DNA from: Blepharisma stoltei ATCC 30299
Lineage: Eukaryota; Protista; Ciliophora
Assembly: GCA_965603825.1 (NCBI GenBank)
Contig: CBFDEM010000063.1
Coordinates: forward strand, 496,001 to 560,000
Direction of reading: 5' to 3'
DNA length: 64,000 bases
Shown here piece by piece: positions 1 through 13,737 of the stretch (positions are counted from its first letter, which is position 1; each line of letters starts with the position of its first letter). The notes beneath the pieces are model-generated. The model was not told the origin of the DNA and ran no database searches. It saw only the letters and a program-made list of their open reading frames with translations. A program made the position numbers and the translations under genes.

Positions 1-142
1 TAAATTTTTGAACAAAATTCAATAGAAAAATGCCACAGAAATTTTTATTCTTTCAACAAATTTTTCAATTTATAAAATCCCTTCAGATTCAGCCTAGTTA
101 TATTTATAATAGTTATTATTATTAGCATTAAATCTTCACTTT

Positions 143-601
143 TTAGCCGATGTTGGTTTCAGGAGGATGATATTTCTTATTATGATTCTTCATCATATAT
201 TTATTGTAAACCATCATTCCACATTTAGAACATCTTACTCTTGTTGACTTTTCGTGCACCTGCTTAATATGGAAGCTCAATGCATTCTTATGCCTAAATG
301 ATCGACCACACTGGGTGCACTCTGAAGTCTTTTCAAAATTATTGTGCAATCTCCCTATATGTTGATTTAGCCCCCGTTTTCCTTGAAAACTCATAGAGCA
401 GCAAGTATAAGCCTTTTCATCTGAGTCTTCTTCAGAGATATTAGGGATTTCAGAAATCTGAGGGGACGACAACAAGTTGCTCATGCAGATCATATTTAGG
501 CAGGAGTAATAGAGCTGAGCCTGCGTATTCTCATTGAAATCAAGAAAATTCGATTGGTTTTCATTTTGGTTGCTTGAGGAGCTTGTAGGATCGGAGTCCA
601 T
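143..601 (-). CDS. C2H2 zinc-finger protein (3 fingers)
   Basis: 152-aa ORF ending TAA. Motifs CCSMSF..HIGRLH, CTQCGRSF..HIKQVH and CSKCG..HNKKYH. Confidence 0.85.
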   Translation of the reverse strand: MDSDPTSSSSNQNENQSNFLDFNENTQAQLYYSCLNMICMSNLLSSPQISEIPNISEEDSDEKAYTCCSMSFQGKRGLNQHIGRLHNNFEKTSECTQCGRSFRHKNALSFHIKQVHEKSTRVRCSKCGMMVYNKYMMKNHNKKYHPPETNIG

Positions 602-1227
602 AATTAGTGAATTATTTAATTATAGACAGCTTTAGATTATTAGATATTTTCATATTTTATGTTTATAATAGAGATTCAATGAATTTAGGTCGAGAGAAAA
701 AATTGTTGGAAGACTAAAAGATTGGAATTGTGGTATATGATGCCTAAAATATGGCTGAAATTTGTACTTGAGCTTAAGTAAAAGGGCGTAAATTTAATTA
801 ATAATTGAATTTTAAGCTTAATAATGAGCATAAACAGATTATAATCTACTTGAACGTTTTTTTGAATTTTAAATTCAAATCTCAGGAATTGTAAAATTTT
901 GAAACCCAAAAATGATTGTCCTTATTTAATTCTTGTCCTAAAATTTAATTTTAAATCCATAGATTCAATATGGTAACCATTTGTAGAGAATCTTAAATTT
1001 TTAGCCTTTAAACCAATCCATAAATATTCTCCATCACAGAAAAAGTTTATTTGGATTTTAATATTCGTAATTTATGTATAAAAATTAACTGAAATTCTAT
1101 AATCAGATCAGCTCAAATTGAAAAATGTAATTAGTGCATAATCTTAATTCATATGCTTAATAAAATGATAATTTCTGAGGCTTTTACTAGACTTTAGCTT
1201 ATATCATTATGATTTAATTAAGCTAAA

Positions 1228-1797
1228 ATGGAAAGACTGCAGCAAGATGTTGAAGACTTAAAGAAATCATATATAAAAGAAGCCTCTCCTCTATTAAAAA
1301 AATCTTATCAGCAGCTTGCAGAGCTTCACTCTAAAAAGCTGAGAATGCTTCCTCACGTATTAATAAACATTGTGACAAATAAGGCAAACCCGAAGAGAAA
1401 AAAAGAAAAAATAAGTTGTGCCTCAAGCAATTCCTCGTCTTTTTCAACATGTAAATCTCCTTCGAGCAGCAACAAATTATATGGGATAGCTTCCAACGAA
1501 AGTTACGATAATTTTAGTAAAGGAAACTCAACCAAAAATTATCCACCAAAAAGATCGATAACATCTTTACAAAATTATGGGCTAGAAAATAATAAGCATA
1601 CTATTTCATATGAAAACTCAGACAGTAGGCACATTATGCTTGAATTTACTCCAAATGTGTTTGCTGACACAAATGTGTCGATACCTGTTAGTCTTTCACC
1701 GCTACTTCCGAATAAATTCCAAAAGCAGGCTTATAGCAAAGATGTGAAGATTAAAGGAAGAAATGCCATAACTGGTAGGCCTGTTTTTAAAGTTTAA
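1228..1797 (+). CDS. hypothetical Ser/Lys-rich protein
   Basis: 189-aa ATG..TAA ORF after an AT-rich leader. No recognisable domain. Confidence 0.6.
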   Translation: MERLQQDVEDLKKSYIKEASPLLKKSYQQLAELHSKKLRMLPHVLINIVTNKANPKRKKEKISCASSNSSSFSTCKSPSSSNKLYGIASNESYDNFSKGNSTKNYPPKRSITSLQNYGLENNKHTISYENSDSRHIMLEFTPNVFADTNVSIPVSLSPLLPNKFQKQAYSKDVKIKGRNAITGRPVFKV

Positions 1798-1907
1798 TAA
1801 GCCGAATATGTAATTATAAGTAAAGCTATTAATCTGTTTCAGTTATTTTTAGAGAAAATGGTTTCATGTTAGAATTTTGATATGAGAAAATGTAATAATT
1901 GACAGTT

Positions 1908-3344
1908 ATGGCTACGGAATATATACAAGGCCTGATTTCAAATGCTAACTTTTCATCAGAAATTATTGATACAATAAAAGATTCCATGGAAGGGTTTATG
2001 GGAAGCTTTACAGATCAAATAAATGCCAATCCCAAATTATTAAGCGATATACGGCAAAGATTCAAAGCAAAGCAGCCTAAGCCTCCAGTTGAAGAGCCTC
2101 CTCATAAGCCTCCCGTTATAGACAAAGCAACCCGAGATTTGCAGCTCTTAGAACATCAGCTTAAAATTGATGTAAATAAAGAATTCACAAAAAAACTCAA
2201 AGAAGAACGCCTGGAGCGCGAACGCCGTATCAAAGAAAGAGAAGAAAAACAAACCAAAAAACTCCTCGACGAAATCGAAGAAAAGAATAAAGAACGTGAG
2301 GACTACTATTTACAGCAAGAGCTTGAAAAACAAAAAAGAATTGAAGAGCTTAAACAAAGAGCAGAAGAGCGCAAAAAAGACATAGAGACCCGAAAAGAAA
2401 TCGGACAAAAAGAATATCAAAAAGTCGTCAGCAATAAGCCTCTATTTAAACAAATGGAAGACAAATTTAACCAACAAGTCCTAATGCCGGAGCTTGAAAA
2501 GAAAAAAGCTGAGCTCGCTAAAAAAAGAATGCTGTTTCAGCCTATTAACCCACAAGAAATATATGAGCATTCTAAGAAAATCAATGAAATAAGGAAAGAA
2601 CAAGAGCAAAGACGTCAAAAAGAACTAGTCCAGCGTTCTTTAGAAGAACAGGTAAACTTTTTATCCCCAAATTTACAGTCACATTTTACAGAAGCCATTA
2701 TGGAAGAAGAAAGAAGAAAACGAGAAGAAGCTGAAAAGGTAAAAGAAGACGTTATAAATAGAAAACTAAAAATGATGCAGTATGCTGATTTAGTCAAAGA
2801 GATGTTTCAGCCTAGCGTTGATAAAAGTAAACAAACTGAGCTTGAAGAAAGGATTGAAAAAATCAAGACAAAACCGAGAAAAATGGTAAATAAAACCAGC
2901 GTAAAAAGCTGGTCTGGGAGGGAATCAGGAAATGAAAATGAAGAAACTGGCTCAGAAGGGGCCATTTCTAAGCCGAAAAAATGGAAAAGAAAGCCACTAG
3001 ATTTACCACCTGGGAAACCGCCTAAAAAAGAGTTTATTAAAATTGACTATTTGGCAGAAATGAGGAAGGAAAAAGATGGCAAAGACCCATTGCCTTCAAG
3101 AGCTGTAAATTTAAACTGGGAACATGAGCTTGAAGACGAAAATTTAACACCTGAAGAAAAAGCTAATAGAATTAGACATAAAGCAGAATTAATGGAAAAG
3201 AAAGCAAGGATACAGGAATTTAATATTGGGAAAATGAATATCCAAAACCATCAAGGCATTGAAGCAACTGAGCAGGTTAACGATATGATTATTGGGTCTA
3301 TTAAAGCGAAACTTGCATTACTACAACAAGTTACTGGTAAATAA
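1908..3344 (+). CDS. E/K-rich coiled-coil protein
   Basis: Long ORF, first ATG at 1908, ends TAA. Charged heptad-like composition. Confidence 0.8.
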   Translation: MATEYIQGLISNANFSSEIIDTIKDSMEGFMGSFTDQINANPKLLSDIRQRFKAKQPKPPVEEPPHKPPVIDKATRDLQLLEHQLKIDVNKEFTKKLKEERLERERRIKEREEKQTKKLLDEIEEKNKEREDYYLQQELEKQKRIEELKQRAEERKKDIETRKEIGQKEYQKVVSNKPLFKQMEDKFNQQVLMPELEKKKAELAKKRMLFQPINPQEIYEHSKKINEIRKEQEQRRQKELVQRSLEEQVNFLSPNLQSHFTEAIMEEERRKREEAEKVKEDVINRKLKMMQYADLVKEMFQPSVDKSKQTELEERIEKIKTKPRKMVNKTSVKSWSGRESGNENEETGSEGAISKPKKWKRKPLDLPPGKPPKKEFIKIDYLAEMRKEKDGKDPLPSRAVNLNWEHELEDENLTPEEKANRIRHKAELMEKKARIQEFNIGKMNIQNHQGIEATEQVNDMIIGSIKAKLALLQQVTGK

Positions 3345-3364
3345 TTTTAAGCTGAATAATTATT

Positions 3365-3961
3365 TTATCTTTTTCTTTGATGTCCTAATGCAAAATTATA
3401 AAGATTTGCTGATATAATGTAATTTTTTTGTTCGGAAAGTATCAGTAGATTTTCAAGCAAATTTTCAGTAGGAACTAACTCAACTGTTATAAGCTCTTCG
3501 TTTTCTAGGTCTTGATGTGGATTTCTGTTTTCTTCTGAATCTGGATTAACTCGTATATAAACAAATCTTGTACTTTCTGTGCTTTTTCAAGGGTCAAGAT
3601 TGATAACTGGCCCTATATGAATTATGTCTTCTTCGTGCGCCGTATATCCAGTCTCTTCTTTAAGCTCTCTTAGGGCAGTGATTGCAGCTGAAGAATCACT
3701 CGAGTCTACAAGGCCTGATGGGAATTCAAGCACGTATCTGTCTACAGGGACTCGGTAGCAAGCAATCAAAATTAATTTGTTTATGTCATTTTCCATTATG
3801 GTAGCCAAAACATCGACACAGTCGAAATTTAGATTTGGGTTGGATATATTTCTGGACACATAATATCAAATAGTCTCTTTGCTGTTTCTTTTTCGAATCT
3901 TTACTTCATGCATTTTGATTCACCTGCCTTGATGCACGATTTCAGCTTCTCTTGATATCAT
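3365..3961 (-). CDS. Nudix hydrolase, ADP-ribose pyrophosphatase (NUDT5-like)
   Basis: With TGA=Trp it reads MISREAEIVHQGRWIK...ETIWYYVSR...LEFPSGLVD...ALRELKEETGY (Nudix box)...LDPWKSTE..., 198 aa ending TAA, with three in-frame TGA. Confidence 0.88.
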
Positions 3962-4140
3962 TTTTTATATTAATATTTTGCCTTTACTTCCATGGGTTTA
4001 CAATTTATTTCATGCATTTCGTTAATTCTATACAAAAAATACACTTTATTTACGATTTTGAGCGTAAATTGAACTCTATATTTATACAGAAATCCCTTAA
4101 TATCACAGCATAATCTTAAATGAAAGCTAAGTTAGTTAGA

Positions 4141-5175
<1,035 letters not shown>

Positions 5176-6793
5176 TTATTATTAGCCACGATTAAAATTA
5201 ACACTAATGTGGGTTAATATGAAAAGATATTGCAAAAAGGATGATAGATATTATTGGAGGAGGAAAGGAGAAAGATATTTTGGGGAAGGCTGATGGAAGG
5301 ATGGGATTTTGGGGTTTTAAGGGAAATTAAGAGGGATTTCTGTGACAGGAAAATTGGCAGGGAAAACAGGGAAGTTTGAGGATTTTGAGGGGATGGAGAG
5401 ATATTAGAATTCTAAGAAATTTTTATAAGAGAAATTACTCAATTACAAGGAAATTGCATACATTTTTATTCTGAGAGATCAGATTCTGTAAAGATGGTCG
5501 CGACCAGCATTTAAGATTATTTCAATATTCCAAAAAAATTTATTTTTATAATTATTTATTAAAATTTAATTATTTTAATAAATCCTTCTTTAAATCGCAT
5601 AATGCATAATGCTTTATCTTAAAGTGAGCTTTATTTTAAAAATAAAATAATTAAGCATTTATGCTTATTTATGCTAAAGTAAAGCCAAAAAACTCATTAT
5701 TTATTTATAGATACTTCCCTAATTTATCTTTAAGTTAATATTTTAACATATTTTTGAATTTCACACACTGAATTTATCATTAATTTCATAAAAGACTATA
5801 AAGATTATTGAATTAATTAAAAGCTTCACGGTGATAATCATTGGTAATTCATATTATAGTTAATTAAGTTGTATTAATTGAATGCTTATTCTAAATTGCC
5901 TAATTTAAATTAATACAAAGGTGATGTCTTGCAATTTATATAAAATCTCTGATAATTTTCTCTCCTCTATCTAGTTTAACTCCAAACTGCTTATAAATAA
6001 AATTGCATACCTTCTTATTCCTAGCATTTTTTACAATTTTTAGCATATTTGAATTCCTTTTATCCTGCTGTGTCAAATGCACCCCATTTATTACCAAATA
6101 TTCAATAACTCTTAAAGCCCAAGGTTTGACTATCTTATCAGCAAATTTCTTCTTTATCTCAATTTCATGCAGCAGCTTCTGTCAGGATTTTCAAATTTAG
6201 CTTGATGGCTAGCGCGACTGTGATTTCCCCAAATTTATATTGAATAATTGCATCAATTCCTAACAAAAGACATATTTTATTTTTAAAAAATTAGAAGTAT
6301 TTAGGTAAAAAAGGATATTTAAATGCTTTCTCATATTTTGAAATAAGTATTTGTAAGAAATAAAATTAACCTGAGTTGAAGATTGAGTCAAGTAGCTACT
6401 GATAAAGACTAGAAGAGATTCAAATAAATGGCAAAGAAATAATTTTTAGTCAATAGAAGTTATTTAATTTAACTGGCTGATATTATTACCACTCAAAATC
6501 TTATATTTTATTGAATTACTGTAGTAATTTATTTTATTTATGCTGAGAAGATTCCTAGAATAAAACCAAAATTCTAATTAAATTACTAAAGCTATAATAC
6601 TTTATTCTAGAAAACCGCAAATTTTAATAAAGTCTATTAAATCGCATTAAAAATTACTAGAACCTCTCTCACTATTTCGCCTCAATATGCCTAGCAGCAA
6701 TTCCAATAAAAAATCCTAAATTTCTATTTCTTCATATTTCAAAATCCATTCTGAAAACCTAATTTTCATTTCATTATCATATAATAAAAAGGG

Positions 6794-7546
6794 ATGGAGG
6801 ACTTAACTTATAAAGCCAAGCTCGCAGAACAGGCTGAGAGATACGACGACATGATTAACATCATGAAAAACGTTATCCGCCAGGCCACTGAACTCAATGT
6901 TGACCAAAGAAACCTCCTCAGCGTCGGCTATAAAAATATTGTAGGTGTTCGAAGAACTGCATGGCGAACCATCTCTGCACTGGAGGCCAAAGAAGAATCG
7001 CGCTCAAACGCAAAAAGAGTAGAACTAGCCCGCGCTTATCGTCTGAAAATCGAAGAAGAACTCAACAGAGTTTGCCAGGAAATTCTTGACCTAATCACTG
7101 AAATTCTCAGTAAAAAGGTAAATTCTAATGAATCTAGAGTGTTCTTTTTGAAGATGCAAGGAGACTATTACAGGTACATGGCAGAATATCAGACCTCAGA
7201 AGTAAATAAAGCAAGATATGGAAATGTTGCCGCCGAAAATGCAGCAAGGGTATATCAGGAAGCTACAGACCTGGCAAGCACTGAGCTCCCACCTACCCAC
7301 CCAATTAGATTAGGCCTAGCTTTGAATTACTCAGTATTTTTTTATGAAGTAAAAGAGCAGCCTAGTGAAGCTTGCAATATGGCAAGAAACGCCTTTGATC
7401 AAGCTATTGCAGAGCTTGATAACTTAGACGAAGACCAATACAAGGACAGCACCACCATTATGCAGCTGATCAGAGATAATTTGACACTTTGGACGTCAGA
7501 AATGCAGGAAGAGCCAAAAGACTCAGCTCAAGTAGAAGATCTTTAA
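6794..7546 (+). CDS. 14-3-3 protein
   Basis: AKLAEQAERY, RNLLSVGYKN, THPIRLGLALNYSVF and YKDSTTIMQLIRDNLTLWT motifs. Confidence 0.98.
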   Translation: MEDLTYKAKLAEQAERYDDMINIMKNVIRQATELNVDQRNLLSVGYKNIVGVRRTAWRTISALEAKEESRSNAKRVELARAYRLKIEEELNRVCQEILDLITEILSKKVNSNESRVFFLKMQGDYYRYMAEYQTSEVNKARYGNVAAENAARVYQEATDLASTELPPTHPIRLGLALNYSVFFYEVKEQPSEACNMARNAFDQAIAELDNLDEDQYKDSTTIMQLIRDNLTLWTSEMQEEPKDSAQVEDL

Positions 7547-8047
7547 GAAATTTAATAGAGGATTTTAAATGGAATCTAGAAATTTAATTTTGAGGGATGT
7601 TTATGAGGAAAGATATATCTTTTTATATTTCAGTTAAAATATATTTAGAGTTTAATATTTTTCTCAATAAAAAATCCAATTAAAGTTTGATTCATCTTTA
7701 ATGAATAATTTTAGATAGTGTGCTATGATGAATAATCCTTTATAACTATGAAAATAATAAGAATAAGAGATCTTAAGTATAGAAAAAAGCAATTTCTATT
7801 ATAAATATTATAAATCTTAAATAAAATCAAATGAAGATAATTATGAAAAACTTTGTAAATAAATTTAATATTGGTAGAATAATAAAAAATAACCAATTCT
7901 AGTGCTTTTTTTGAGAGCACAAATTCTTAATTAAAAAATATCCAGTTATAATCGCATTACAAGCATTAAAAATAGGATACTGATATATCGAAAATGGATG
8001 ATTTATATGGATAAATTCAAAAAAATTCTGGCAGCTAACATAAATAA

Positions 8048-8308
8048 ATGGGTTTGTGTTTTCCTAAATCAACGACTCTGCGAAACGCAGAAGCCGTCGA
8101 AATAAAGCAGTCATGCAAATTTTCATATAAGGCAGAGCAAAATATATGAAAATCCAAAGCATTAAATGCTCCGAAACTTACTCTTGATAGTAATAGACTA
8201 TATAAGAGAAGGCTACTGCAAATGGAAAGAAATGCACAAGCTTTATATATAGCTTGTGATAACTCAACGATTAATTCAACTTCCACGCAGATCGGAGAAG
8301 CAAATTAA
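8048..8308 (+). CDS. small (86 aa) putative myristoylated/palmitoylated protein
   Basis: Absent from the ORF track. With one TGA=Trp it reads MGLCFPKSTTLRNAEAVEIKQSCKFSYKAEQNIWKSKALNAPKLTLDSNRLYKRRLLQ...GEAN then TAA. Confidence 0.65.
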
Positions 8309-8598
8309 GGAAAATGACATGCTAATAATTAATAGTATTTTTTATGTAACATAACAGAATACCCCCATTAAATGCAAAATAAAGGTGAAATGGCGCTTTA
8401 TGTCACATACAATGTTTTTAAAAATATATATAGTTAATTAGATGCATGTTAGTGATCAATTCTGCTGCCTCCATTTACAATATATTTTGTTAAAAATCCT
8501 TAAAAATGGCAACTTTAACAATTTTCTTAATTCACAAAAAAATTAAGGTTTAATTTCACAACTCAAATTGCCAAAAGGCTATAAAATTTATTTAGTAG

Positions 8599-8874
8599 TT
8601 AGGCACTTTTAAAAAGGAGAATTCCAATTGGGCCTATATAAAAATAAATATAATTTCGCGCCTCAAATGTCACATGAGCTCCGAAGTGTCTTCCCACAAT
8701 GCAATGCCAGTGTGGCTGATACCTATCTTCAAATATTTTCTTAATATGCGAAGCAATTTCTTTTTCCGTGCTTTTACCTGAAATTGCATTAATTGCTGTT
8801 TCTATAGCAAAATCTTTCATTTCCGGCTCCATTTCATCAATCTTAACAACAGCACTTAGATTTCCTAAGCTCAT
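8599..8874 (-). CDS. dynein light chain LC8-type
   Basis: EKEIASHIKKIFE..Y.PHWHCIVGRHFG..VTFE...YIYFYIG..LLFKS motif. Confidence 0.95.
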   Translation of the reverse strand: MSLGNLSAVVKIDEMEPEMKDFAIETAINAISGKSTEKEIASHIKKIFEDRYQPHWHCIVGRHFGAHVTFEARNYIYFYIGPIGILLFKSA

Positions 8875-8936
8875 TTTTATTTATTCTTATAGCTGTCCAA
8901 TAATTTTTCAAAAATTATTAAAAATACATATAAATT

Positions 8937-9743
8937 ATGAATTATTTAGATGAAAATCTAGAAAACCTGGACACTTGTCCAGTGATATTAAGATTTCAAG
9001 AAAGAACCACCAAAATCATAATCACAAACTTACAAACTTTTTCCTCAAAAGAGCACAAATTAGAAATCCCTGAAGCAATGGGAATTTGGAGCGCAATGTG
9101 CTTAATTCCTGGGAATTCTCATTTTTGCTACGGAAATTATTATAATAAAGCATGCACAGGGACAGCTTTTATCATTTCTGAAAATAAAAAAATTAGGAGG
9201 ATTCCGTCAGGGTTTCCTTGCAATGGTGCAGGGACTATTTATTTCCAAGGGAGTGTGTATTCTTTTGGAGGGTATAATATGATGCCTTTAAGAATTGTTC
9301 AGATATTTAGCTTGGCAGAAAATAGATGAAGATTGGCAGCGCCGTTGCCGAGTCCTCCTGAATCTTTGGCTTGTGCAGTTTTCAGATATGTGATTTTGCT
9401 GTCTGGGGATAATTTTAGCACTGTTTATCTTTATGATCCTTTTATTGACTGCTATTCAGATCTCCAGCTCTCTCTGAACTCATTTGTGCCGAAAATGGTT
9501 ATTGCTGCAGGTGAAAGAGCTTATGTAATTGATGGAAAAATATATGAAAGTGAAATCAATAATCCATATAAATGGGAAGAAATAGGAGATATAATGCTTT
9601 CTTGGAACTCTTTACTGTCTTATAAAGTCAGATGAAAAAATGCTGTTTATTTTCATCATCGATATCAGCTATATGAATTTGATTTAACACAGAAAACACT
9701 AAAAAGGATAAAACATGATGTAAGATTCAGAGAAGAAGTTTAG
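8937..9743 (+). CDS. kelch-like beta-propeller protein (expanded family)
   Basis: Two ORF-track pieces join through TGA=Trp (9327, 9633) and end at TAG. Motifs FCYG, PSG, VYSFGG and ENRW. Confidence 0.8.
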
Positions 9744-10123
9744 AGATATAAAAAAAATAGATTTTATTTCATATTAAAATTAAACTAAATAAAATATATT
9801 GGGAAATAATTTTTGGTATTAACTATAGCATTTAAAAAATGCTGATGCAAAAGAAAATATTAAAATGCTATTAATAAAATGAAGATTTATTATGCTTTCT
9901 TTGAGTAGCAGAACATAATTTGTGATAAAATTTATTGAGATTCAAATTGAGGGTAAGTCTTATTAAAAGAAAATATGATTGTAATTTCCTATTGATAGCT
10001 TGCGTATATGTGTTTCATCAGGATAATTACAAGAGTTTTTTTTACGCAAGATATTGGATTTCATATCTTTTTATAAAGAAAACTGAAAAATTGAGTATCT
10101 ATTTATTAAATTTATATAAAATA

Positions 10124-13100
10124 ATGTCCGACTCTCCAGATTTAGACTTACAAAATCCACTCCGAAGGTCTTATAAAACACTAGATGAAGCAGTTGACAA
10201 AAAACAAAGGAAAAAAGCATACTCCGATCACTTTACCGCAGTCTATAACATCTTTTTCCAAGCTTTGCCTGACCAATTAAAAGCCTCTTCCAAAGGGTGT
10301 GTTTTTGCCATTTCAGATAACGAAGAAACCCTCATTTCTGGGAACTCCTATGGGAACATCAGCATAATTAACAGAAAATCCAAAGAAATTCTATACGAAA
10401 AACTTGCATTTTCCAGTAAAGTACTAAAACTATTAGTGGAAAACGGCCATCTTTGTTGCATTGTGGCAGGGTTAAATTCTATTTTCATTTTAGACAAAAA
10501 TACATTAGAAAGTGAGCTGTCCCTTGAAGGCCACTCAGGTCAGGTTACAGACATAATTATCCATCAAAAAAAATTATATTCCACAGGTGAAGATTTTACA
10601 TTAAGGGCTTGGGACACCACAAATTGGTCCTCCCTTAAAACTCTTTTCCAAATGGACTGCAAAGGGAATTCTTTAGATATCAGTTCTGATGGAAAATTTT
10701 TGGCATGTGGAAACAGCTCAAAATCAATAATTCTATATGAATTTGAAAAAAATGAAACTTTTTCTTTACAAAGTGACATTAATCAAGAAATTTATGCAGT
10801 GAAATTTGCTGAAAACTTTAAATATTTAGCAAGTGCTGGAAATGCAGGAAAAATTGAAATCTGGAATACTGGGTTTTGGGATCTGAAATTCTATATAGAT
10901 ATAGAATGTATAGGGTCAAGTTTGAAATTTATTCGGAATGACGAGTTTATTATAGCTGGATGCTCAGACGGTTTCGTAAAATGTTGGAGGCTATTTGATC
11001 AAAAATTATTTTCATTAGAAAATCATAAAGGGGCAATAACTTCTTTTTATGTCTCGAAAAGTGAAAAATATATAATTTCTTCAGCTGAAGATAGGGTATT
11101 TTTGACCTCAAAAATCCCTGATCTCCAAGAAGAAGTTCTCCATGGGCATAAAGGAACGATAAATTATGTTTTCTATAGCAAAGAAAATGATTTAATTATT
11201 TCAGCGCAGAGTAATGGGATTGTCATTTTTTGGAACTCAGTTAAAAAAACAATGGTAAAAGAAGTGGATTACAATTGTAATTTTACCTTAATAATTATGT
11301 GCCCAGATGAGACTTGCTTGGTTTGTGCGACTGATGATTGCCGAGTTTTTATTATTAATCTTGATTCATATGAGATTGATAATATGACTATTAGAGAAAA
11401 ATATGAAATTTCAGCTATGAAAATCACTCCAAATAGCGAAATCTTGATAATAGGAAATGTTTTAGGGCAGCTGAAACTTATTAATTTCAATGATTTATCT
11501 GAAATTAGAATCATAAAAAAGATGAGTTTAGGAATTACGAGTATTGATAGTGACAATAAATTTTTCTATGCTGGGAGCTTAGATGGGAAAGTTTTAATGG
11601 AAAATTTAGAAGATGAAAATGATGTTTACGTTTTTCCAGGAAAATCTCAAATCACTTGCTTATCACTTTCTCCATGCCGCAAAAGGCTATATGCAGGCTC
11701 AGGCAATAACTTAAACATTTGGAGTACAAAAACCAAAGAAAAGTTGATGCTTATTGAAATGGGAGCTGAAGTAAAGAATATTTACTTCAAATATCTAGAC
11801 TATTTTATGACATTCAGTAGCGATTCTATGGTAAAAATTTGGAGCCAAAGAGACTATACATTGATTTCCAGCATGCCATTAAACAGTAATACAAAAGGCC
11901 TAATTTTATTGCCAAAAGAAAAATACATGATCACAACCCAAAACAACCATTTATTGATGCATAATAACCCTTGGTCCTCTAACTCTATATCAACAATAGG
12001 TGATGAAAAACACAAGCCAGAATTTATGAAATACCTCGTCAGCATTACTGAGCAAACCTCGAAAACCCACAAATCGGAAATGGACTCCTATTTAATTGCT
12101 CCGTATTTTATAAATGCGCTTCATTTTTATGCATATTATAATATGAAAGACCATCTTTTAGAAGCTTTAAATTATGGGTCTCCATTATTTATGTCAAAAT
12201 ATGGGTATTCACCATTGACGATTTCATTAGACCTTATGCATGATGATTGCACGATTATTATACTTAATCATATAAAAAAAGCTTTGAGGGAGAATATTCA
12301 TACAGGATACCTATTGGAAAATGCGCTATTGGAAATAAATTTGAGAGGGTTCAACAATATTAATAAACTTTATGACTCAATGCTTACTGCAAGCAGCTAT
12401 AAAAATCTGCCGAAGTTTTGTAATGCTTATAGTAAGCTTCCTGCTGTCATTCATTCTAAATATATAGAAGTTTCCCCAAATAAATTCCCAATAAGTTACA
12501 AAAATAAAGACATTTCAATTATTTTCCAACAGTCCACTACAAGATTTTCACTAGAAAACGGGTCAGTAGAAAGCATGAATTTTATATCAAGTTTAATCAA
12601 AAGTCCAAATAACCGAGTTTTTACCTCAGAAGTAGTGAAGTATATTTTACACGAAAAATGAAGAGTTGTCAGATGGAGCCTATATCTTCATGCTTTGATT
12701 TATATCCACTATTTAGCACTTTTAAGCACTTATGCGGTTGGTTTTCAAAATGATGTATTTTTCGCCTCACTAATTCTAACAGCAAACTTCATTTTGATTT
12801 TGCCTGAAATTTATAAAATTCTTACTACAGGGATTAGCTATTGGCTTTCAGTTATGAATAATGTTGATGTGTGGAGGTTTATAATGTGCACTTTGTACTG
12901 CTCATTTGTGTTTAAAGATATTCATGAAGAATATAAACGAAGCTGGCTGATCTTTTTAGTTTTATTTTCCTGGATAAGAGGGATAGGATTATTTGCGTTA
13001 TTCGAACAAACAAGATTTTTGGTTAATATGATTAAGACCGTTATTATAGAAATGCTAGCGTTTTTCGTGGTTTTGGCATACTCGACGCTTGCTTTTGCGT

Positions 13101-13672
13101 TTTTTGAGCATGCGATAGAAGACTCAGACACTTCTGATGAATTTTTTGATTATTTATTGGCTTCTTATATGTTTACGCTAGGTGATTTTGGAGATGGGGA
13201 TTACTCTGATACAGAATGGATCATTGTTATTCTAGTTTCAATTCTCAACTCTATGATTTTGCTTAATTTCTTAATCTCAATTATTTTCAACACCTTTGGG
13301 AAAGTCCAAGAAGAAAAAGACGCAGTTAGCCAACGAGAGCTCGCTAAAATTATCCTAGAAGGTGAATCCATACAATTTTGGAAGCGAAAAAGTAAGCCAA
13401 AATATCTACAAGTCTGCAAGTCAAATTTTGGAGATATTGATGGAGAATCAGATAAATTAAAAAAATATAGAAAAGAAATAATAGACGCAGTAAAAGAGAC
13501 TAGTGAAGAAATAAAAAACTCAAAAGGAGAAATTATTGAATATGTAGAAAGGAGCAAAATTAATAGTGAAAATGATCTGCAAAAGAATTTTGAAATGTTG
13601 GAAAAAAGACTGATGGAAAATATGGAGAAAAAATTCGGGGAAATAATGGAAAGGATTGAGAAAAAAGGGTAA
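10124..13672 (+). CDS. WD40-repeat / TRP-like ion channel fusion protein (~1182 aa)
   Basis: Many GH...W[DN] WD40 repeats and an ankyrin-like segment. HEK-TGA(W) at 12659 continues in frame into ~6 hydrophobic helices with a pore-like FTLGDF, an S6-like MILLNFLISIIFNTF, and a C-terminal coiled coil. Confidence 0.88.
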
Positions 13673-13737
13673 TTAATAAAAACACATTTTTAATTAAAAA
13701 TTCTAAAATCTATCATATTTTAGTTTAGAAATTTCAA

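Noticed and set aside
1797-1908. Joining ORFs 1228-1797 and 1908-3344 through tiny introns
   Set aside because: No 15-16-nt GT..AG found that removes the TAA TAA stops at 1795-1800.
9935-10123. TTG-initiated N-terminal extension of the WD40-channel ORF
   Set aside because: AT-rich and non-coding-like. The first ATG is at 10124.
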